The notes under the pieces: generated by a model | Told to the model about the DNA's origin: nothing | Database searches by the model: none | Seen by the model: the letters and a program-made list of their open reading frames with translations, nothing else | Shown: piece by piece, positions 41,313-54,852 of the stretch | How positions within the stretch are numbered: the first letter of the stretch is position 1 | Layout of the letters: each line of letters begins with the position of its first letter | Position numbers and translations under genes: made by a program | Assembly (NCBI GenBank): GCA_951406725.2 | Contig: OX597816.1 | Coordinates: forward strand, 125,674,001-125,738,000 | DNA length: 64,000 nucleotides | Direction: 5' to 3' | DNA from: Octopus vulgaris | Taxonomy: Eukaryota

Positions 41313-41543
41313 ACATATATGAAAATCATATAAGCACAATAGAAAATAAATATTCCTAGATGAACTTGTACGATGGTTTTGAAATGTTATATTATTAACA
41401 AAAAAAAAACAGAATTATATTTGTATTGAAAAGAGGAACACCACAACACATTTACAAGTGGAACATGAAATGAGAAATTTATATATATATATATATATAT
41501 AACTTAGAATTGATCATCAGCCTACCAACAACACAAAAACAAC

Positions 41544-41607
<64 letters not shown>

Positions 41608-41969
41608 TCAACAACAACAACAACATTTTATTACTTTATTTTTTAATAACTATATTTTGTCACACAAAATCGTAAAATATAATATTTCGTAATATTGTTA
41701 AGTTCAGTGAAAACACCTGCAATCCTATTGATCATCAATAAAATATTTTAATGAAAAGGTCAGGTTAAATCTACCTTGCTATTAGATTTCTTTATTTTTT
41801 TAATAACAGGACAACTTACTGATTGACGACAACGAAGATTCTAAAAGTATTTGGAAAAATATTCCATGAAATCCTTTTAGCTCACTCTCACATTCAACAT
41901 GTAATTTTATTTATCGATAAATACAGTCGTACGCAGCCATTTAATAGACTCAGATAGATTGCATTACGG

Positions 41970-42065
41970 TAATCGTTCCGAATTTCAGCCAAATTCCACC
42001 GAGATCAGCATAGCTTTTCATTCTTTCGGTATCGATAAAAAAAAGATAGCTGTACCTGTACTGAG
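41970..42065 (+). mobile_element. SINE family B fragment
   Basis: aaattccaccgagatc..gcttttcattctttcggtatcgataaaa. Confidence 0.55.
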
Positions 42066-45000
42066 ATCAATTCTTCTCATTCTCTCATTCTTTTTTTTCC
42101 TGCCAGTCTTAAAAAGTAATACCCCAAGATGTGTATCACGACGGCATCCCTGCTACTACATCGAGAAGGGGATCCTATGCAGGGCAAACCATTTTCCAGG
42201 TTTTATTATTATAATAAGAAAGAGTTTGAAAGGTAAAACTAAATGATGACATGCCAATATGTTAATATTAAACCATATATTATAAGAACAACAACGACAT
42301 AAAAAGTGAGCTAGGATAAAATTACACAATGAAATTGGATTATCGAAGGTTAAGTGTAGGATATCGATAAAAAAAATATATCTAAATAAAATATATCAAA
42401 GTTTTAAAAATCAGTAAATCAATACAAAATTATGAACTTGTTTCTCTGAATTTTCCGAACGTTAATAACAATATACAGCCTTAATAATAAGAAATTTAAT
42501 TTAAATCCATGAAATACACCTTCGGAATGCATGTGACATGAGTAACAGTAAACTAATAACAAACTGTGTTTTTATTAAGTGCACTAACTGGAAGAAAGTT
42601 GAAAAGAAACATCAAAAATATAAGATATTTCAATGTTTTGAAGTAAAAAGCAAACTTCGCTAAAATATTTCATATCTTTAAAGAATCGATATTAAAAGCA
42701 TTACATGAATATTGTTATGTAGCGAAATATTTTAAAACGACATTTTTGATATAAGTATTAAAATTATGGAACTAGTTACATTATTCGAAGCAAAATTAAA
42801 ATTATACTGGTTGCTATAATCATAAAAGTAACATTTGGTGACAGAGATAATGGAATGTTTCGCTTCAAGAGTTTTTAGTTTTCAGTTCACAATTTAATTA
42901 GGACCTTTAACACTTTAATAATCCTTATTATAGTTCCAAAATTTTAACTATTATTTCTATGATTGTCATTATTAAAATTTTGATATTATAGTTTGCCATG
43001 AATTCAGAACAAATATATATTGTATTCGTAACATATGACAACGTATTTCTTTAAAAATAAATAAGTGCTGAGAAATAGCCCCGATTCTGTAATATATATT
43101 TTTATTTTATCTTTTAATCAATGGGAAATATTGTCCCCTTTCCATGATTCTTTACAGCACTTCTGGGACTGGTGGTAAAAGGTAGAAAAGTGTCCTTAAA
43201 CTGAAGATGAGACCCGAATTCTTTCAATCGAGTAGACTTCGTTTAAATCACCCAACGTGCTAGGTGGTAATGTTATGCTGAGCAACGGATTAAATCCTTC
43301 ATACAAGTAAATCATGGTGATGATGAACCTCTTCGGTCCGGTATTTTGTGTTCCAGCAACTTCCATAGCCCGCACGTTTTGAAATTACCGCCATTAGTTT
43401 GCAAATATGCCTCCGGGTGACACTGGCAGGCTTGTTTATATTATTCTAGATCAACCAGATGAGTGCCTTTGATACAGTTTAGTTGATTTAATATATTCAG
43501 CTGTATTCCAGTGCCTCAGGATATCATTGAAAAGGCTAAAAGGGACAAAAGATGGTGTTGGTTAAAAAGAAAGGAAGTTCTTTTAAATTGACTGTGACGA
43601 CTTCAACATTTCTATACCAAAAAGGTACAATAATTTTATTTTGTGTAATGCACATTAGCGAATGGAATAATGCAGTATCACTTCTAGGAATGTAAAATAA
43701 TAGGGTTAGTAGAAACAAGTATCAAACATTAGTTAGTGTATATACTTTCTATAAAACCATAACGATTATATAAATCATATTTCTTTAGTTACAAAGCAAA
43801 CCGATATTATCTATAATAGAATATACACAGTTTTCCTTTTTTAATTTAAAGACCATACGTTTCTACTATTTAACTGTAAATATAAGGATAAACTTAACTT
43901 AAAATTCCAAAAATAAAACATTCAAAGGTTGATAGATAGATGCGACATGCTATGAGTCAACTTTTGAAAGCGCAGTTAAATGGAAAAATGTATTTGCTGT
44001 GTATGTTCTTGATAATATTGTGCAAGCTGTATTATGTTTTTTTTATAGCTTGTACGTACATGTTAAACGTGAATTTCGGTTAGTATTAGCATTTCAAGAA
44101 AAGCTACGTAATTGGATTGGAATAACAATGTTTATTTCAAAACAGTCAGAAATATATATAATATTCTTAGGTTTCTGGATATCTGCACGTCTAAAAAGTG
44201 TAAAATCCAGAACAAAAAAATAATATGAATATAAACAATAAAACAAAGTTATGCTTTTCCACATACAACTATATATGCTCAAGTGAGCAAACTCTCAAAC
44301 TAACGTTATTGAACTAACAAACGAACTTATAAAGTACATACTGAGACATACAATTACATCAGTAGAAACATATATGCGCATACATGCAACTTATTTAAAG
44401 CTACATAAACATTATATAGTTTTGCCTTCAGATGAAGTAGATTATATCCATAAATATGCACCAAGCATATAAATGCATTTACATGTAAAAGAAAATATAC
44501 ATTTTTTGTTCATTTTCATATACGTTCATTCGCTTCTCCTGCCACATCGACCAATGAAGTCATCGAGCCAGCCACCCATCCATCATGAATATATGTGCTC
44601 AGTCATGCACACGCTCTTCTCAAAGCGTCTTTATCATTAACGCTCTATTGAAAGAATATCATTGCTGCTACTGCTAAGGGAGCTACCATGCAGCTGCTAT
44701 AGCTACTGCCAAATTTATCAATTTTCAGAGTTGCTGTAGCAGAGAATCCTACTGCAAATGCGTTCACTATGCATAGATCCTGGAAAGTACCAGCCAAAGG
44801 AATGTGTATTATGCAGTGAATTTTTCAGATCAATACTATAGGGAATAAATATCTTCGAATCAGTTTATTAATATTAATGCCGTTGCACAAAAATAATCAT
44901 GACAGTCCACAAACAGAACAATAGCGAAATTATCTCCATATCAGAGTAATATCTATGAAGTTATAAATTCTTCTTAGAAGCAATCAATGACTGGGTGCTG

Positions 45001-46904
45001 AGAAAGTATGCGCATGCTCATTTAGTCAGGTAGCTTAGTGCTATATTTAAGAGTACCATTATCTTAGACATAAAAAGCACGGACCATATGCATCTGGAGT
45101 TTCCCTTAGGTTCCATGTATTAATGATGAGCTAGGAGCTCTCCCAATTTTTTATTTTTTATTTTTAAAATGCTTGTAAAAAGTGCCACACATCTATGAAT
45201 CTGTGGCTGTTACTTTGGAAGATATTTACTTCAGAATAAAGTTCCGATCGTAGCATTCAGATCAGCTTAATAATTCTAAGAAATGCAGCGTACATTTGTT
45301 TGAACTATGCATGACTTCCGAGACTCAAGTACACCGATATATTTTGTTATAGATGACATGCATTTAAGACTTGAATTTCTGTAATTTTTGTTTTGCCTTT
45401 CTTCTTTGTATTTTACAGTAATCATTCAAAGCATATTTTCTTAAAAAATATCGGAGACTTACTAGTTTAATAGCATCCATTAATAGACGCTAAAGAGAGC
45501 CTCATGACAAATTTTTTTTTTCCATCTGGCAACGGTAATTTTAACTGAACGACTTGACTGTTTTAGAATGAAACAAGTATATGACACTGAATAGCAACAG
45601 TTTACTATAAAGATAAAAATATGATCTTATCAATATGAATACTTTATGTTCTTTCAAAACAAATAACATTAAGAACAATTTACTTTTGGGAGGAATAAAG
45701 TCTAAAAAGATATATAAATACTATGATACATATCATCGTTGTTAAGATAAGAACTGAGTGCTGTTATTGTTATAAGACTTACCGACCAACTAAGCTTCTT
45801 GAGAAATGGTTTTGGATAAGCTGATCTTTATGCATATGAACATGAAATACGTCATGTAGTAATATATTTCTATATATCAAAACATTCAAAGCTATGAAGA
45901 AACTTTAAGATTAAAATCTGGAGTTAAAATCTGAAGATAGTGTCAAACCAGATATGGGATAAACAGAGGTCTGTTACTGGCAAATCATGTAAATCAGTAC
46001 AACGGACAACCAGTAACCAAACCTGCAAACGCATTAACCTTGTTTGCTAAGAAGGTGAATTCTTAGAAATCCTTCGGAACGACAATCAAAGCTCGTCAAA
46101 GAAGGGTGAAATAATTCGGTATAATCAATGGTCATCCAATACTGACTAGGTGTACCATAACAAGACTTCAAGTAGGCAAAGATGCATCACAGTCTGCAGC
46201 CCATTTGTTGCAGTGGCTTGCCTTCCTTACCCGCTGTTTACTACTAAAGAATGCTACGGCAAAGCCTACTATCACTTAAATCTCTTGCAAGTAGCCCTAA
46301 TAAATCATATCAACTTGTTAAAAAGGCACTGGATAAATCGTCGCCCGGATAACGAAGATTACGTTGGCTGTTCCCCACTCCAAGCAGAAACAAGAATTTT
46401 ACTAGAATACAAGACAGAGGGCCTTTATCTTTGCCAATAGAATGTCAGGACACTACTAGAGAGAAGGAAAACAGGCCAATTAGAATAGTATACCACGTGT
46501 GGCTCTTGATCTGGAAAGATATAGCAACCCTTTGTGAGATAGGACAGCCAAAATATGGTACTATCAAAGACATGAGGCATATATTCTTGATAATACCATA
46601 TTTTGGCATTAAATGTTGTTTATAAACCACAGGCCTGGAAAGATGCTAGTATAGTCCCCAATCCCAAGAAGGATAGCACTAATGAATGCCGTTACTATCA
46701 ACATTTTTCTACACTTGCTGGAAAGAGCCTTGCAAAAGTGTTGCTCAACAGGCTGTAAGAAAATCACAGTCCTTAGCCTGTAACTCAATGTGGGTCCAAG
46801 GAAGGAAAAGTGCATCATTGATACATTATTCTGTCTCTGTTAGATCCAGTTAAAAGTATAGCAGAACAGAGCATTGTATGTGGTATTCACTGACGTTACG
46901 AAAT

Positions 46905-47542
46905 TGTAACGAAAATATGATTGTCGGTTACTAAGTATGACGGTTATATATAACGATATGGTGCATCAGATTAATGAATGAAGAACAATATTAATTGCTT
47001 GTTGAGATGGCTATTTTATTTATGCCATTAGTATGATAGTCGTTACACTATAGAAAATACAACTTCTTCAAGTTGCAGTATACAAGTTATTTGTTGATCT
47101 CGAATCCATTACATAGGTGGTAGATTCATCTGTGAGACACTACTACAGAGAAAGAGAAAGAGTAAGAAAGTCAAGGCAGATACAAAGAGTAAGAGTTGTA
47201 TTGTCCCTCGAACAAAAAGGGATTGTTCTCCATTGATACCGAACAGAAGGAAGAAGGATGAGAGAGAAACGTGCTCTTGGTAGGTGCCGAGTGACTAAAG
47301 AGATGCCCCGGTCTTTGGATGTGTATTTATATTATTCATAACTAAATATAAGGTCGAGCTAAACAAAGCGCTTTTCCTCTACATCAATTTTGACCTATAT
47401 CTGATTTTTCAAAGCTCAAGAAGTCAGCTTATTTTCATAAGTCTCCTAGTGCAAAAGGCTAGAACAATGGGCCGAGGAATTGTTGAAAACTGTGGATTCA
47501 GTTTTGAATCCTGGTTCAGAAATTTGGTAGTTGTTCTCTACA
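46905..47542. mobile_element. Solo LTR inserted in the RTE RT motif
   Basis: Starts TGTAAC and ends CTACA. Flanks aaat/aaag fit a 4-bp TSD with one mismatch. It splits the DxTKAFDTV motif exactly. Confidence 0.75.
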
Positions 47543-48227
47543 AAAGCATCCGATACAGTAAGCTAGGCTTCAGTCTAAGCTAGGTATTCAGGTTTGAATG
47601 TCATGAAAAATTTCTTCTTGTCATAAAGTCGCTTCATGGTGACATAGGGGCTTCATTTATGCTGCTGAAAATCAGCTCTAGGCAGCTTGATGTTTCAGTG
47701 GGAATCACACAGGACTGCGTGTTAGTGTTATCATTGTTTTCACTTCTACAAATTCTTAATGAGTTATTCTGCAACTCAGTTGAAAGTATAAACATAGAGA
47801 CACGATCTGATTTTGATCTACTGGAGTTATCACACCATAAGGTATGTCTAAGAGCGCACATATCTTAGTGAGAGAAATGTTGATTACTGACAATTTTACC
47901 CTAGTCTTCAATAACGAAGAGGAATGCACCGTTTGTTGATGTTTTTTTAGTAGTGCTACTTCAAAGCTCCATCTGAATATCAACATCCTGAAGATTAGTG
48001 TTAGATGAGAGAACCTGAAAACACCACCATCGAATTTTGGTAGCAGCAAGCTATCTTGCCTACCTGGACGTTACAATCAGAAACGATGGATGACTCGGCG
48101 AAAAACTAGATCGCAGGATAAATAAGATGAACTCGGCGTTCAGAAGTCTGAGGTTAAGAGAGCCCAAATGAAGCAACTGGCACGTTAGAACGAAAGTGAA
48201 GTGCAAATCTATCGAGCAACAGTCTTG

Positions 48228-48545
48228 GCACTCTGTCGGTTACGACGACAAGTGTTTTAGTTGATCAAATCGACGGAATAGCCAGCTCGTGAAATCAACG
48301 TGCAAGTCGCTGAGTAATCCACAGACACGCATACCCTTAACGTAGTTCACAGGAAGATCAGCATGGCATAAAATGTAACAAGGTTGGCCCTTTAAATTAC
48401 AGGTACAGCTCATTTTTGCCAGCTAAATTGTCTGGAGCATCGTGAAATAAAATATCTTGATGAAACACACGACGTGCCACCGTGAATAGAACTCACAACC
48501 TTACGATCGTGAGCCGAATACGCCCAACCACTAAGCCACGCGCCT
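48228..48545 (-). mobile_element. tRNA-derived SINE (CORE-like body + tail A)
   Basis: Head aggcgcgtggcttagtgg. The body is shared with 51288-51552 and the tail with 17971-18361. Confidence 0.88.
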
Positions 48546-48649
48546 AGGTTTCCCAAGCGGTCAACATCAAAGAACTAATTAGGCTCGACGTAGCTTAATT
48601 TCGATGATCGGACACGAACCGACGCATTTAATGTGATATGGCCGTAAAC
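48546..48649 (-). pseudogene. 5S rRNA-derived sequence (first ~104 nt), diverged
   Basis: Reverse complement gtttacggccatatcacattaaatgcgtcggttcgtgtccgatcatcgaaattaagctacgtcgagcctaattagttctttgatgttgaccgcttgggaa is colinear with metazoan 5S rRNA from base 1. The 3' end and oligo-T terminator are absent. Confidence 0.9.
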
Positions 48650-48986
48650 AATAGTATTACCTACATATTATACGGATAGAAGACATGGAAGTTACACAAT
48701 AATGAGAGACCTGATACACATCATGAACATTATCTGGCTTAGGTTCAGCAATGTCCTTATTCTAGAAAAAGTATATGGGATATATTTGTAAAACGAAACC
48801 AATGCTTGTTTACACTCGGTTCCAAAGACGATTACTATTTCCCCGTCGGCTAACGATACGAAAATTCAGGGTACACCACTTCTAATATACAATGATGTGG
48901 TTAAATCCAAATTGAAACGGGACATTGATCCTCAAAACAAGATCACAGTGTCTTTGTAAGAAACTTATTGATACCCTAACTTGTTA

Positions 48987-49049
<63 letters not shown>

Positions 49050-51287
49050 TATGGGAAGAGTCATCGTCGATATCGACGGACCTATTTGGTATCGATATCA
49101 TGGCCACCTCTTGTTTTCTGAGCATTTCTGTACCTATGCGTATTCTAATGACATTGTAAAATGAATATCCTTCTCTTTTTCTCTCTCTCACACACGCATA
49201 TACACGTGTGCGTGTGCGTACATAAGCACATACACACACACACACATGACTCTCCATTTAAATGTCATATTGACATACACAGTAATGAAATATATAATTT
49301 TCAAATTCCTATATATTTGTTCTATCGTCATGACTTTCTTTTTCTACTAAAGCTACATTTCGGTCATCCTTCGTTTCAAAATTAGTGTCAAGTGCGCTAA
49401 ACGTACGTGTCTCTTGACTATTTAAGCACGTATCTTCCTCTACTTCCATGCATGAATATTATTTATACGTACCCTTGATACCACACTTTCAATCTGCAAT
49501 CATTTAGGATCTTAAAACACAAACGAATTAGTCCCATTCAACATCTTCACATTCAACTGCACCAGAACAAAACTACATTCGGTACACATATTTATGTTAT
49601 CTTGCACTCCACTTTCAATATGCATAAGTAATTCACAGTATTTCCAGAATACTCGCAAATATCAAGCCTCACAATTATCTCTCAAGATGAATTCTATGGT
49701 AGTGTTTCAGCATTAATTCTCAATTACAATATTGTTACACGTGCATTCCACAATACAGACGTTCTCTTTATTTCCAAAAAATACTTCAACACTGCTTATT
49801 TTCTTATGCTCCTCATAGTTCAGATCCAACCACTGAGTACTGTCACTTAAACATCTAGGAACGGTTAACGTTCTGCCTAAAATGTAAAATAAATCAATAT
49901 AGCTGAATATCAAATATTCACATAGCAATATGATAAACTACTTGTATTTCTGTCACTACTACATTAGCTTCTTAGAAAACTGCATACGGCATTCATCTAA
50001 TCTATCCGTTGCGCCCAATCTTTTCCTCTCGTCAGTTCTACTGCTCATCAATCTTCAAACCCACGGTTAACATTTAGCACAATCCTTTATCATTTTCCAT
50101 TGAAAATCAACGGTTAGGCTTGCGTGCATCCCCTATGTCACCTTTAACTTTTAGAAATACTTTTTAAAAGTATAACAGAATTATATTTCCAAAAATCGGA
50201 GCAGCACACTTGTTTTAATCAACCACTTGACTTAAAACTTATTTCATTGGATTCAAACTTAACTTATACTCAGTGGATTTAAACCATTATTTTTTTCTTT
50301 TGCCGTTTATAGATTGTAATGTTGCAGTAAAAGGAAAGCCATGTTTTCTACCTAACGTACTTAAGACTCTTGTGAACCTGACATTTTGCGTTAAAACCAA
50401 ACCCATATAGATGCCAGTGTGTGGAAATTATCACAGTTCAATTGACAAACATTAACAGCTTTTTATCACGAAGAGTGTAAATCTGTGTTAGTCGAAGAGT
50501 AAATCAGGACATTATGTTTACAAGATAATCTAATATTAACAAAGTCTTGGTTGCGCTCGTTGCCGTTTCAGTACATAGTTGAAGCTATTTCATTTTATTC
50601 ATATCAAATCGTATAAATCGCATTCATTTGTGATACATGCCAATGTTCATGATAAAATTGTACATGTGCTAGGATTAAACATTAATTTTCAGTTCTAAAT
50701 CAGTTTAAATATATATGCTAAAAGATTCAAACTCTAGCTATAACAAAAAAAAAAGACATTTTATACATCTTGGCTTTAGCTTTATGCAAATAAGAAATGC
50801 AAATGTGCTACCTTCTTGCATTTCTCGCTAGTAACATAAACTGACATGACTGGAAATAAGGATTGCCAGGTCCACAGAAAGGGTACCTTTAGTCATTAAA
50901 AGTCTTTAGATGTATTCTGGAGAAACAGTAACTGCAATTCTTAACTGAGTATAATGTATCAAACGGCGATAAGGTCTTATGTATATTATATTACGAGTTG
51001 AAAAACTTGAATTAGCTGAAATTATCCACAAAACTGTTTAACTAAAACACCCTATAAAGACGTCTACAATCAAAGAACGATAAGTAAATAAGATAGCATA
51101 ATTTAATTTATAATTTTGAAAAGTATAGATTTAATGTTTAAGTTAACTGGTGGTAGCAAGGGCATGTTTCTGACTATTAGACTTCTTTAGTGAAGTGAAG
51201 CATAATCAACTCAGTTGGCAAGACTTATCAAAATATATAAACATGGAAAGAATAAAGTGAGTTGATTGCAAAAATATCAACATTACG

Positions 51288-51552
51288 AAAAGAAATAAAT
51301 GAATGCGCCCTTTTAAAGCCTAGTCAGGCTCATGGGCCCGGTTTCCCGGTTTCAATAGCGTATGTGTTCGCCAGCTGGACGGGACGCCAGTCCATCGCAG
51401 CGTTACTCATTTTTGCCAGCTGAGTGGACTGGAGCAACGTGAAAGGAAGTGTTTTACTAAAGAAGACAACGCGTCGCCCGGTCCAGGAATCGAAACCACA
51501 ATCTTACGATCCATGATGCTGCCACCCTAACCACTAAGCCACGCGCCTCCAC
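51288..51552 (-). mobile_element. tRNA-derived SINE (CORE-like body + tail B), full length
   Basis: TSD atcaacattacg/atcaacattatg at 51276-87 and 51553-64. A/B boxes present; body gttgtcttctttagtaaaacactt..ccagtccactcagctggcaaaaatgag. Confidence 0.9.
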
Positions 51553-52051
51553 ATCAACATTATGTCTGACGAAATAATCTAAGCCACAGGAGATTGCTCT
51601 GCATAGTAATATTTAATTACGGTAGGGTCTTACACTTCAATATAGTTAGTTAAAAAGCTTTGAACAATTGACATTATTCGTACAGTTAGTAAAGTTTTTG
51701 ATATCTAAAAATAACAGCAGAATAAATAACCCCAGTAATTCACTTAACCGAATTCTATGGAATATATAGAAAATAAAGAACAGTAGTCCTGGTCTTTAAC
51801 CTAAGTGGAGAAAGCAATCAATGTATGCTGGTCTTATTAAACTACTCGAACACGAATGAAGCATATTTTTGGTAAGACTAATTATGATTACAATACAGAA
51901 AATAAAATAGGTTTACTAACACCAATGAGGAATATCAGTAATATGGCTAAGTGGTAAGGGCAGAATGTCGTGGATAATTTATCTCTTTTATTATTCTTAT
52001 TTATAATCAGCAACAATACTAATTATTAATTACATTTGCTCTTTCACTCTG

Positions 52052-52108
<57 letters not shown>

Positions 52109-52130
52109 GTATATGTGTGTATGTATGTAT

Positions 52131-52168
<38 letters not shown>

Positions 52169-52182
52169 TTATATAAACATGA

Positions 52183-52218
<36 letters not shown>

Positions 52219-52688
52219 TCATGAACGACTCTAAGATGCCTACACGCATATAAATGTACTTACGCACAATGCAGTGGGAATGAAGTTTGAGTAACCGTTA
52301 ACATAATTTAATTCACTTTAAGGTATGAATGACTTTACTTTCAACCTCCCCATTCTTATAAACACCAACTAGGTAGCTAACTCCCTTTGCGATCATGAGT
52401 GCACCAAGCCTCACTTGTGCGTATGCTCACATTTTTGCGGATATTTGTATGAAAGTGTGTACTCGCCCCATGCAGCTTGCCCGAGGGCATTTATACATCC
52501 GTATTTGTTAACGGTTATTTTTAATACTTTTCTCGCTGGATTGCCTGTTGGTTTCTCATTTTGCCATCAGTGATTTTATTTTTGATCTTCTATATAAATG
52601 AAGATATTTCCTCCATCTGGCTGCTTTTCTTTCTACAAAAGGGTAAGTTACATTGCAGAACAGGTATTTTAACGAGTTGTATTTATTT

Positions 52689-52794
52689 ATCACCCGACGA
52701 GATACATCTGCACCGCCAGATGCTCCTGAACCAGTTGGTGAGTGTCCCACCCATGAGGAATCGATGCCAGATGTGTCGAAACAATTGCGGTGAT
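52689..52794 (+). ncRNA. Hammerhead-like motif with long stem II, cleavage triplet mutated
   Basis: atcac CCGACGA gatacatctg...cagatgtgtc GAAA CAATTG cg gtgat: 10-bp stem II, palindromic stem III, stem I atcac/gtgat. Confidence 0.6.
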
Positions 52795-52835
52795 TAATAA
52801 TAAATTCTCGTATATTCCATCTTCCGTCTTTCATT

Positions 52836-52879
<44 letters not shown>

Positions 52880-53377
52880 ATGTGTGGGGTTTAGTTCACC
52901 GGTGATCTAAACGAATAGGTACGCTGATTAAGTGTTATAATTGGTCATTCAAGTTCACATCTGAGGTTGGGGCTAGGGATCTGTATTAGACTTCCGTATT
53001 AGCACGTAGATATTAGAGGGAAGGGACATAGAAACCAAAGCAGGACGAGTATCTCAAGTCATTTATAATAATTTAATTAGAGTAAGGTGAATTTGAAGTC
53101 TTACAGCTCTTTCTGTGATATCCCAAGTGATAGGCTAACGTCTTCGTACACTGGGTATTCCAGGTGAGTATGTATGAAAGTTCTAGATACAGAAATTCAC
53201 AGTTTGTAAGGAATAATCTAGAAGAATAAAGACTAAAAGTAGATAGAAGAATACAAACAGAAGAATAACGTTCACAGTTCATCTTTTTCCAATGGGTATG
53301 GAGGCCGGTCCGTACTTCTGTGTTTCTACTAAATATTAATCCTTATAACATATCCCCACGTGTGTGGGTATATATAC

Positions 53378-53746
53378 GGGTGTGGCTGTGTGGTAAGTAG
53401 CTTGTCTACCAACCACATGGTTCCGGGTTCAGTCCCACTGCGTGGCACCTTGGACAACCAAAGCCTTGTGTGTGGATTTGGTAGACGGAAACTGAAAGAA
53501 GTCCGTCGTATATATGTATATATATATGCGTGTGTGTTTGTGTGTCTGTGTTTGTCCCCTAGCATTGCTTGACAACCGATGCTGGTGTGTTTACGTCCCC
53601 GTCACTTAGTGTTCGGCAAAAGAGACCGATAGAATAAGTACTGGGCTTACAAAGAATAAGTCCCGGGGTCGATTTGCTCGACTAAAAAGGCGGTGCTCCA
53701 GCATGGCCGCAGTCAAATGACTGAAACAAGTAAAAGAGTAAAAGAG
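53378..53746 (+). mobile_element. tRNA-derived SINE family C
   Basis: Head gtggctgtgtggtaag..gggttcagtccc, an internal microsatellite, and tail ggcggtgctccagcatggccgcagtc..(gtaaaaga)n. Confidence 0.9.
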
Positions 53747-53921
53747 TATATATATATATATGCGTGTATGTATGTGTGTATGTATATATATGCATGTATG
53801 TATGTATGTATGTATGTATGTATGTATGTATGTATGTACGTATGTATGTATGTATGTATGTATGTATGTATGTATGTATGTATGTATGTATGTATGTATG
53901 TATGTATGTGTGTGTGTGTGT
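53747..53921. repeat. (TA)n/(TATG)n/(TG)n microsatellite
   Basis: Seen directly. Confidence 0.97.
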
Positions 53922-54852
53922 CTGCGTGTTTGTATATCAGGGACGTGTCGTCTAGGTAGGCAAGGTAGACAGTACCTACATTGAATAAAATAGATCGAGA
54001 GCAACATTTTCCTTTTATGAAAAACTATGCACCTAATTCAATAAAATTATGAAGGTTACTCTGATTACTATGCATAAAATGCAAAATATATGTATTTCGT
54101 TTGTAGATTAGGTAGGCATAATTCGACCCTGATTTTTAATCTCATTATTAAAGCTACGCAGAGTACTGCTGTATTACATGTGGTGCGCACACTCCTACAA
54201 CACCTTTTTCTTTACGTGCTAGAAAGGCACAAGTAAATCTACCTTCAACTCAGTTCCACGCCTGTGTTTCGCTTATATTTTTGTCTATTTTACTTCATAA
54301 AGGTCACCAACTGTCAGATAGAATGAATGGGGTGATAGAGAGGTATAATAGTGTAAAAGTTAAAGGAGTGTCAGTTATGCAGTGATAGAGCCTAAGTGGT
54401 GGGACAGAGAGAGGGGTAGTAGTATGGTGGAATGAAGAATTTAGGAATATAGACTCCTTCTATCTGACATTCCTTTACTCTTTACCTATCATCTTTTTAC
54501 AGTCTAATATATTTCTCTCTCTACCACCCTCATCTCCCCGTTCCTACTTTCAAGTTATCTTGACTGACCACTAACTGGTACACTTTCCCCTGTCTTCATT
54601 TCTTTATTATCTCTCTCCTTGTTTTTCTTTTTTCCTTTTTTCTTTCTTTACATTATTCCTCTCTTCCTGTTTTTTCTTTTTTCTTTTTTCATTTTTTTCT
54701 TCTCTTTTTTCTCTTTTCTTTATTCCTCTCTTCCTGTTTTCGATTTGACCTTACAAATACAATATCCCTGCATATCTCACACCTATTTTCATTCCTCCAC
54801 TTCATTCTCTATCGTATCTAAATTAACTATTGCTTAACCATTTTCTCACACC

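Larger units (their letters stand above)
45880..48960 (+). mobile_element. Decayed RTE (BovB-like) LINE containing nested insertions
   Basis: ALYVVFTDVTK/KASDTV; DVSVGITQDCVLVLSLF; LVREMLITDNFTLV; DRRINKMNSAFRSL; VQIYRATVL/IVLPT..YG*KTW; YNDVVKSKLK. The 5' boundary is approximate. Confidence 0.85.

Noticed and set aside
43150-43450. GC-richer unique stretch as a possible exon
   Set aside because: The frames I read were short and unrecognisable, with no coherent splice pair.
48546-48649. Functional 5S rRNA gene
   Set aside because: Diverged, lacks the 3' end and oligo-T terminator, occurs as a single copy and is fused to a SINE.
49450-50110. Additional minus-strand RTE remnant
   Set aside because: Only faint motif echoes; too degenerate to support without an alignment.
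53107-53163. 57-nt open exon with a CAG|gtgagt donor
   Set aside because: Its acceptor side is the reverse complement of a Penelope-type hammerhead relic, so a repeat origin is the simpler explanation. Exonisation cannot be excluded without RNA data.
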